Shown here: positions 46,450 to 53,500 of the stretch, in pieces | How positions within the stretch are numbered: position 1 is the stretch's first letter | Layout: every line of letters begins with the position of its first letter | Source of the DNA: Spirochaetia bacterium | GTDB lineage: Bacteria; Spirochaetota; Spirochaetia; DSM-27196; Salinispiraceae | Length of the DNA stretch: 64,000 nt | Reading direction: 5' to 3' | Assembly: GCA_038204425.1 (NCBI GenBank) | Contig: JBBRCZ010000001.1 | Span: 384,001-448,000 of the forward strand | Notes under the pieces: model-generated | Database searches by the model: none | Seen by the model: the letters and a program-made list of their open reading frames with translations, nothing else | What the model was told of the DNA's origin: nothing | Program-made: the position numbers and the translations under genes

Positions 46450-47822
46450 CCTAGTAACACATCCTCTCTCGGTACGGTATAGTTTGTGACAATGCTTTTT
46501 TTACTTCTTGGTAGAACAAGGGCAGCTATGCCTACTCTTCCTGCAAACATGGCAACAATGACGAGATATTTCCCTACTGTGCTTAATTCTGTTGTAATTC
46601 CTGTACTCAGTCCAACTGTTGAAAATGCTGAGATTAACTCAAAAAACAGCTTGCTAATCGCAAAAGTTTGTTTGGCAAAGGTGTATTCACTTATACAGAG
46701 AGCCAGAAAAAGTATGAACAAGGCTCCAATCATGCGGACAAACAAAATAGAACTGCGACTGATCATGCTGGCTTGGATGCGGCGATGTCCAATTCGTAAG
46801 TCTCCCGTGGTTTCCAGTCCGCGTACAAGCACTAAGGTCAAAAGCAAAAATGTTACCACCTTGAGTCCGCCAGCTGTTGATCCTGACCCACCTCCAATAA
46901 ACATCAACGCCATAACGATAATTTGCGAGGCTTGTGTTAGGTCTGCAGTAGCAACCGTGTTGAAGCCAGCAGTTCGCGGCGTGGCGGCAGTAAAAAATGC
47001 ATTGGATATCTTAAGACCTACACTATTTTGCCCGTCGGTAAGCAAAGCGCCGTTCCAATCAAACAAACAAATTGCAAGCGTTCCAAGCAGCAAGAGCATC
47101 ACAGTCCCCAAGAGAACCATCTTAGTATAGAGCTGCAGGTGAAGTGTTTTTTTGCTGATACGCTTTCTTATATCATCCATCACTACAAAGCCCAGTCCGC
47201 CGACAATAAAGAGTGCCGCGATAGTCAGAAAGATTCCTGGCATGGTCTTGTAGCGTTCCAAACTATCGTAGTGTACCGAAAAACCGGCATTGCAAAAGGC
47301 GCTTACAGCGTGAAAGATCGCTACAAACAGGCTGTCGCTAGTTGATTGCCCTCTTGCTACGTTGAATGTCGCCAATTGTGGCCAAAGGATAAGTACGCCA
47401 ATCATCTGAACCGCAAAAGTGTACAAAACAATCTTAATTAGTATCTTTTTTGGTTCAAACTCGACGCTTGAAATAAAATAGTCACTAATCAATCTTCGCC
47501 TGCTAATGGAGAAACGCGAGCTTCCACCCGTTAGTGCCAAGGTTGTTATGGTGATAATACCAAGCCCACCCATCTGAATTAGAAACAGGACAACCATGGT
47601 CCCAAAGAAACTGAGGTTTTCTACATTTATAGTAGCGAGGCCGGTCACCGAACTGGCAGAACACGCCATAAAAAGTGCGTCTACAAAGGAAAGCCCTTCC
47701 TTGGCGCGTTCGGCATTCCAAGAGACAGGTAGTAGCAAGAGCAGGCTACCAACACTTACTAAGATTAAAAAATAGGCAAACAGAAAACTGCGTCCACTGG
47801 GAAGGTAATTACTAGTGTTCAT
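46446..47822 (-). CDS. ktrB: KtrB/TrkH-family K+ translocating subunit
   Basis: Four filter glycines (VTGL, NAGF, TAGF, TVGL) and STAGGLK. Confidence 0.88.
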   Translation of the reverse strand: MNTSNYLPSGRSFLFAYFLILVSVGSLLLLLPVSWNAERAKEGLSFVDALFMACSASSVTGLATINVENLSFFGTMVVLFLIQMGGLGIITITTLALTGGSSRFSISRRRLISDYFISSVEFEPKKILIKIVLYTFAVQMIGVLILWPQLATFNVARGQSTSDSLFVAIFHAVSAFCNAGFSVHYDSLERYKTMPGIFLTIAALFIVGGLGFVVMDDIRKRISKKTLHLQLYTKMVLLGTVMLLLLGTLAICLFDWNGALLTDGQNSVGLKISNAFFTAATPRTAGFNTVATADLTQASQIIVMALMFIGGGSGSTAGGLKVVTFLLLTLVLVRGLETTGDLRIGHRRIQASMISRSSILFVRMIGALFILFLALCISEYTFAKQTFAISKLFFELISAFSTVGLSTGITTELSTVGKYLVIVAMFAGRVGIAALVLPRSKKSIVTNYTVPREDVLLG

Positions 47823-48784
47823 CTTTTTTTTCTATAGTTTCGATCATAAAACACGCCGTCCTCAAAGCCTTGAATTGCAGTATCTTCTCCAGCTCTATCA
47901 AGGCGTTCCCACGCATAACTCAAGTACATAGGATTGATATCGATGCCAATGTAGCGACGACCAAGCTTGCGTGCGACACAAGGAACGGTTCCTGATCCGC
48001 AAAAGGGGTCCAAAACCAGATCGTTTGGACGAGAACTGGCCAGCATTAAGCGCGCCATGAGTTTTTCTGGCTTCTGCGTTGGATGTGGCGTATTTTCTGG
48101 CATAGACCAAAACGGAACAGTTAGGTCAGTCCAGAGGTTGCCGCACGAAGTATCCCTGTATCGCTGGCCCAAATTCTCTTTCCAATCCTTGGCTAATCCA
48201 TCCTTGGTATAAGGCGCTAATACCGTCCGCCTTATTTTGACTGCTTCGGCATCAAAAAAATAATTGGCTCCCTTGGTTAAGAACCAGATATCTTCACTGG
48301 TATTCTTCCAATTTGCTTTGGCTGCACGGCCCTTCTCTCGTTCCCAGGTGATTCGACTACGAACCGAGAACAATTTTTCTGCGGCTAGTGCCAAGGCCGC
48401 AGAAGATCGCCAATCGCCGCAGATGTAGGCACTTCCATCTGGGCTTAGAATGCGACACAACTCTTGCAGCCAAGGTTCAACCCAAGCCTGATAGTCACTT
48501 GAGCTTCGTGCACCAAAATAGACACCATGAAAGTCTTTGTTCATGTTGTAGGGTGGATCGGCAATAATCAATTGAGCTGCTGAATCGGGCAAACAGCGCA
48601 GGGCGTCAAGTACATCTTGGTGTAGTAAAAACCCACCTTGTGGTGACATTAACTTGTCCAGGTCAACTGGGCTCAATGGGCTATCCAAAGTCAGACATCG
48701 ACTTAAATGAAAATGTTGTTCTTGAGAGTTCAAAGCTATGCTACGATTATTAGTAGCCCTATTGCTACCTAAATTGTCAACCAC
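47819..48784 (-). CDS. Orphan N4/N6 DNA methyltransferase (beta class)
   Basis: DPPY precedes HPTQKP and VLDPFCGSGT (beta order). No adjacent endonuclease. Confidence 0.9.
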   Translation of the reverse strand: MVDNLGSNRATNNRSIALNSQEQHFHLSRCLTLDSPLSPVDLDKLMSPQGGFLLHQDVLDALRCLPDSAAQLIIADPPYNMNKDFHGVYFGARSSSDYQAWVEPWLQELCRILSPDGSAYICGDWRSSAALALAAEKLFSVRSRITWEREKGRAAKANWKNTSEDIWFLTKGANYFFDAEAVKIRRTVLAPYTKDGLAKDWKENLGQRYRDTSCGNLWTDLTVPFWSMPENTPHPTQKPEKLMARLMLASSRPNDLVLDPFCGSGTVPCVARKLGRRYIGIDINPMYLSYAWERLDRAGEDTAIQGFEDGVFYDRNYRKKR

Positions 48785-48831
48785 GTCTCATACTATCATA
48801 AAGTCTTTTTGCCAGGATAGCGCATCGAGCC

Positions 48832-49545
48832 TCAATCACGCCCTCCAAAATACCCACAAAGCCGGTGGTGCTTGCGCCCGAAACCCTTTTTTCTTTCTAC
48901 CACAAAGCCTGCCTTGCGAAGACCTTGTTTTACTATGCCGGCCGCAGAGTAGCTTGCAAAGCTACTGTGCCCAAGCAAGCTCAACGCAGCTGCTTTAACA
49001 AATACCTGCTCTGTCCACATTGCTGGGTTGAGACTGGGCTTGTGCCCATCAAAAAACCAAGCGTCAATAGTATTGCCTAGACCAAGCTTCTTGGACAGCT
49101 CGTCCAGATAGTCATTAATATCCCCAAAAAAGAGGTGTAAATTGACAACTATGTTTGAACCAAGCACCGTAAATGTTTTATCGTTCCAGCCAGGTTTGAG
49201 GTGCTCATACATCGATTTCCAAGTCTCCAGAAAGGTCTCTTTGATTAAAGTTATTTCTTCAAAAGGTGACAACAAAGCGTTGATGGTCTGGGGACTGAGG
49301 GGATGGGCCTCGACACTATACCATTCGATAGAGCCGGATAGTTGCCAGGCTTCCAACAGAGTCGCCGCTAAGCTTAGACCACTACCAAAACCAGTTTCTG
49401 CGCATCTAACAATGGAACTTTTCGCTATGCGTCCAACTATGTCATTTGGTATAACAAAAACTTGACGCCGCTCGCCCAATCCATCATCCAATGAAAAATA
49501 GCTATCGCAAAAAATGTTATTTATGTTATCTTTGACTCTATGCAT
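48832..49545 (-). CDS. mnmD: Stand-alone MnmD (MnmC methyltransferase domain) family protein
   Basis: YFS, ETGFGSGL, SVEAHP, LFFGD, DAWFFDG, NPAMW, GFGRK. Confidence 0.8.
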   Translation of the reverse strand: MHRVKDNINNIFCDSYFSLDDGLGERRQVFVIPNDIVGRIAKSSIVRCAETGFGSGLSLAATLLEAWQLSGSIEWYSVEAHPLSPQTINALLSPFEEITLIKETFLETWKSMYEHLKPGWNDKTFTVLGSNIVVNLHLFFGDINDYLDELSKKLGLGNTIDAWFFDGHKPSLNPAMWTEQVFVKAAALSLLGHSSFASYSAAGIVKQGLRKAGFVVERKKGFGRKHHRLCGYFGGRD

Positions 49546-49974
49546 GACCAAAAACCTTTAACAAGCAATCATGTAGGAAAATACCGTTCAAGTAAACAAC
49601 GGGATCAAATTCTAGCATATTTGCGCACCGATCATAACCACCCAAGCGCCATGGCTATATATCAGTCCCTCAAACCAATCATACCTTCACTTAGCTTGGG
49701 AAATCTCTATCGTAACTTGGGTATCCTGACCGAAATGGGATTGATCAGTAAGGTGCAAGCTCCAGACAACGAGGAAGCTCTCTACGATGGCAATTTTTCA
49801 CAACACATCCATTTTTCTTGCCAGGATTGCCATAATCTTTTTGACCTACCGATGCCCGATAGCACTAAGTGGTTGGCAGTCGATGGGCAAAAGTGGTTAA
49901 TAAAATCATCTCAAATCCAATTGAGTGGGAGCTGTCCTACTTGCGCCAAAACGCCGGAAGAAACAAGACCATAA
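49540..49974 (+). CDS. Fur-family (PerR-like) transcriptional regulator
   Basis: SKQRDQIL, HPSA..IY, SLGNLYRNL, HIHFSCQDC, C-terminal CPTC. Confidence 0.9.
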   Translation: MHDQKPLTSNHVGKYRSSKQRDQILAYLRTDHNHPSAMAIYQSLKPIIPSLSLGNLYRNLGILTEMGLISKVQAPDNEEALYDGNFSQHIHFSCQDCHNLFDLPMPDSTKWLAVDGQKWLIKSSQIQLSGSCPTCAKTPEETRP

Positions 49975-51394
49975 CGGTATAGAGCTCTAGCCTGCCTAAG
50001 AGCATCATAATACTAAGAAACAGTTTGATTCCATCGGAAAATGCCGAAAAGTTCTGAGCGGGGCCTACCCTTCCTAAACCTGGTCCTATATTGCCGAGGC
50101 TTGCAAGCGAAGCCGTAAAAGAGCTGAGTATATCGGTACCACCGGTGGCAACTATTATCGTTGAAAGGAACAAGAGACCGAGATAAAGAATCACAAAACC
50201 GACCATTGGATAAATTAGTTCTTTACTAACACCTTGGCCGTTTAGTCTCAAAGAAAAAATCCCACGTGGATGCAACATATACATTGCCTCATGCCGTGTT
50301 AACTTAGCGAGCATTGTTATCCGCAAGACCTTTATCCCACCTGCGGTGGAACCAGTACAACCACCTACAAACATAAGCACAAAAAGAACAGCCTGAGCAG
50401 TAAACGACCAGAGACCAAAGTCACTTGTAGCAAATCCCGTGCTAGTGACAATCGATACTACTTGAAACGAAGCGTGCCTTAAGCTAGGCTCAAAGTCCTT
50501 ATAGCTTGTTCCAAAAATGGAAAACGTACAAATCACAATCGAAACAACAATTATCAGCGAATAGGCCTTGAGTTCGGTGTTTTTGAAAACAGCCAAGGCT
50601 TTGCCAGTCATAACCTTAAAATACAGAATAAAGTTGACGCCAGCCAAAAACATAAAAATGGTTGTGACCCAGTGAATAAAGGGTTGCTGCCAGTAGCCCA
50701 TGCTTGCATTCTTGGTTCCAAAGCCCCCTGTAGCCATGGTCGCAAAACTGTGGTTGACGGCGTCAAACAATGACATGCCGCCTAAACAAAGCAAAACTGT
50801 TTGCAAAGCAGTCAGGCCAACGTAGATTAGCCACAGAAGCTTTGCAGTTTGGGTTAGCTTGGGTGTAATCTTGTCGACGTCAGGACCCGGAGTTTCGGCT
50901 CGCATCAATTGCAGGCCACTTACTCCAAGCATAGGCAAAATCGCCACGGTTAGCGCTATTACGCCCATGCCACCAAGCCAGTGTGTTAGACTTCGCCACA
51001 AAAGTATTGCTGGTTCAATTATCTCAACATCTTTAAAAATGCTTGCCCCAGTGGTTGTAAAACCGGACATGGTTTCAAAAAAAGCATCAAAGAAGTTGTT
51101 GCTTGTATTGCTTAAGAGATAAGGGACACAACCAATTAAAGAGATAAGAACCCACGACAGAGTAACCAACAAAAAACCTTCACGGGTTCCAATGTGTTTC
51201 GTCCTTGGCCTCAAGATTAGAGCAAGTGATAAAAACCCAATTATACTTAACGAGGCAGGTACAAAAAAAGCTTGCGAAAGCTGATACTTGCCCTCCACGA
51301 CAGCATAGAGGCCTGGCACCAACAAAAAGCTAGCCACCACAACCACCAAAAGAGAAAGGATCTTTCCTATAAGTACAAAGTTGATACTACGCAT
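49937..51394 (-). CDS. trkH: Trk K+ uptake membrane protein
   Basis: FETMSGFTTTGAS, WLGGMG, ATGGF, STGF, GNIGPG, GRLE. Confidence 0.93.
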   Translation of the reverse strand: MRSINFVLIGKILSLLVVVVASFLLVPGLYAVVEGKYQLSQAFFVPASLSIIGFLSLALILRPRTKHIGTREGFLLVTLSWVLISLIGCVPYLLSNTSNNFFDAFFETMSGFTTTGASIFKDVEIIEPAILLWRSLTHWLGGMGVIALTVAILPMLGVSGLQLMRAETPGPDVDKITPKLTQTAKLLWLIYVGLTALQTVLLCLGGMSLFDAVNHSFATMATGGFGTKNASMGYWQQPFIHWVTTIFMFLAGVNFILYFKVMTGKALAVFKNTELKAYSLIIVVSIVICTFSIFGTSYKDFEPSLRHASFQVVSIVTSTGFATSDFGLWSFTAQAVLFVLMFVGGCTGSTAGGIKVLRITMLAKLTRHEAMYMLHPRGIFSLRLNGQGVSKELIYPMVGFVILYLGLLFLSTIIVATGGTDILSSFTASLASLGNIGPGLGRVGPAQNFSAFSDGIKLFLSIMMLLGRLELYTVMVLFLPAFWRK

Positions 51395-51406
51395 GATTGG
51401 CCTTTT

Positions 51407-52813
51407 TTATTCCGCCGGCGGATTGATCATATCTTGGATGCGCCCCGAATGATTTCTTCTTGTCAGAACCAGAATTCTATCGTTGGGTTCAAGAACGGTC
51501 GGTCCAGTTGCAATAAAGTTGTCTAATCCACGCTGGATAGCCATTACCAAGGTTTCTGACGGAAAACCTAGTGCCATGAGGGTTTTGCCAGAAACCAAGC
51601 TTTTTTGGTCCACAATAAATTCAAGAATTTCTATGCTCCCGTCGCCGAGGCTTTGCACATTCTCAACCTGACCTTCGCGAATAATGCTGAGTATGGAATT
51701 GGCAACAGAGAGTCGCAGGCTAACGGCAACATCAATGCCCAGCTGGCGGGCGATACCGACATAGTTGCTGGAATCTACCAAACAGATAGAACGGGACACC
51801 CCAAGGCGGTTGGCGTAAAGACCAACCAAGACATTCCTTTCTTCTAGGTCAGTGCATGCTACTACAACATCACAATCGGCCAGTTGTTCTTCCTTAAAGA
51901 GATTCTCGTCGGCGATGTCGCCGTGTATCACCAGACTGTGCTTAAGACTGTCTGCCAAGTACTTGCAGCGATGATAGTCTTCTTCTACTATCCGCACTCG
52001 GCGTCTTCCAAACATGTGCCTTAGCCCAACCAGTCCTTTGTCGAAGCCGCCAAGGCGATTGCTCCCGTCCAAATAAGAAGCTACAGCCTCCGCAATTCTC
52101 CCACCGCCAACAATTAGAACGTTGTGAACCGCTTGCTGTTTTTTTCCCAAAAACTCAAAGACTGCATCAAAATCTTGTTCTCTGGCTGCAATAAAAAGCT
52201 GATCATTTTCTTTGATAGTGGCTTCACCAGATGGAATCAAATAACCGTCATTGCGACCTATGAGTGGTATCAAAAATTTGGTATTGAGGCCACGGGCAGC
52301 TTCGCCAATCTTTTGATTGTGAAGTTGACTGCCAATGTTTACCCTAAAGTTTCGAACCTGAATATCCATGTTTTGAAAGCTTACAATGTCCGAAACGGCA
52401 CCATAAGCAAGACTAGTGAGGATACTTGTGGCCGCGGAAGTTTCTGGATTGATTATATGGTCTATACCTGCTTCAAGAGTTTGGTAAAGTCTACCTTGCC
52501 CATATTCCAGAGTCCGAATTCGGGCGATAGTTTTGATAGCGGGAAACTCGGCTGCTACGAGTGCACAAGAGATAATATTGATTTCATCTGAGCCAGTTAG
52601 GGCCACAAAAACTTGACAAGAGGCTAAGCCCGCTTTCAAGAGATCAGCCAAATTATTAATTCGCCCATGCACCGACATACAATCGAGCCTATTGGCAAGA
52701 TCTTTGACAACGTTGTCATTAAAGTCCAGAACAACCACATCATTTCCATCGGCGGCCAAGGTTCTCGCTACCTGAAATCCAATAACTCCCGCACCGCCAA
52801 CAAGAATACGCAT
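51407..52813 (-). CDS. trkA: Trk K+ uptake regulatory subunit (two RCK modules)
   Basis: GAGVIG, DEIN, IINPE, second module GGGRIA, HGD, ERN. Confidence 0.92.
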   Translation of the reverse strand: MRILVGGAGVIGFQVARTLAADGNDVVVLDFNDNVVKDLANRLDCMSVHGRINNLADLLKAGLASCQVFVALTGSDEINIISCALVAAEFPAIKTIARIRTLEYGQGRLYQTLEAGIDHIINPETSAATSILTSLAYGAVSDIVSFQNMDIQVRNFRVNIGSQLHNQKIGEAARGLNTKFLIPLIGRNDGYLIPSGEATIKENDQLFIAAREQDFDAVFEFLGKKQQAVHNVLIVGGGRIAEAVASYLDGSNRLGGFDKGLVGLRHMFGRRRVRIVEEDYHRCKYLADSLKHSLVIHGDIADENLFKEEQLADCDVVVACTDLEERNVLVGLYANRLGVSRSICLVDSSNYVGIARQLGIDVAVSLRLSVANSILSIIREGQVENVQSLGDGSIEILEFIVDQKSLVSGKTLMALGFPSETLVMAIQRGLDNFIATGPTVLEPNDRILVLTRRNHSGRIQDMINPPAE

Positions 52814-52817
52814 CTAG

Positions 52818-53453
52818 TTATTGTATGCCAAATAGGTTCACAATTCGAGACCAAACTTCCGTGCGATATTTTTGATACTGACTGCCATCGTCTCTCTCAT
52901 TGCCAATAAAGGTAATCAAAGAGCGTGCTTGGTTGTTGAGTAACTGATACGTCTCAATAAGAAACAACAGCACTTCTTGATCAGCTTGGCCAAGTCTTCT
53001 GCTTTCTGCCAAATTGCTGAGACTCTGAATGCTTGCATTATTCATGTAGATAGCCTCATTTGCGACGCTGACTGCAACTCTTGCCTCATAACTTTGATTC
53101 ACGAACCCATCAGCCACTGCACCAAGCGTCAAATAGCTGTAGTAGAGATTGCTTGCTCCCATTGAACCGAGGGCAACCAAGGCAGGGTCGAGGGCAGTAC
53201 TTACTTCGGTTTGTATCGCCTGGGTGTTTTGACTTGATTGGCCTTGCTGAACTTGGCCTTGCTGAACTTGGCCTTGCTGAACTTGGTCTGGCTGAACTTG
53301 GCCTTGCTGAACTTGGTCTGGCTGACCAATAGGCCGGTTTTTTGTGCCTTTAATCAGGGCACCCGAGCCAGACTGTTGAGCAGAAAGAAATGGGGCACTT
53401 ACTAAGATCAAAAAAAAGGCGAAAGAAGAAAGTATATATTTTTGTGTTCGCAT
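52818..53453 (-). CDS. Exported hypothetical protein with Gln-rich pentapeptide repeats
   Basis: Signal peptide, (VQQGQ/VQPDQ) repeats, helical C-terminal domain; AGGAG SD. Confidence 0.75.
   Translation of the reverse strand: MRTQKYILSSFAFFLILVSAPFLSAQQSGSGALIKGTKNRPIGQPDQVQQGQVQPDQVQQGQVQQGQVQQGQSSQNTQAIQTEVSTALDPALVALGSMGASNLYYSYLTLGAVADGFVNQSYEARVAVSVANEAIYMNNASIQSLSNLAESRRLGQADQEVLLFLIETYQLLNNQARSLITFIGNERDDGSQYQKYRTEVWSRIVNLFGIQ
53238..53327. repeat. In-frame 15-bp tandem repeat, 6 units
   Basis: TTGGCCTTGCTGAAC x3, TTGGTCTGGCTGAAC, TTGGCCTTGCTGAAC, TTGGTCTGGCTGACC. Confidence 0.95.
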
Positions 53454-53500
53454 GCTATCGGCACTCCTTATCGGCTAAGCAAAAACTGTTTGTCGCTAAT

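Noticed and set aside
46486..47130. 214-aa + strand ORF, and other 60-155 aa antisense ORFs
   Set aside because: Shadows of strongly supported opposite-strand genes, especially membrane proteins.
47819..48784. Restriction-modification or defence island
   Set aside because: No endonuclease, specificity subunit or other defence gene nearby.
53238..53327. Repeat array as CRISPR
   Set aside because: No spacers, in-frame inside a CDS, no cas genes.
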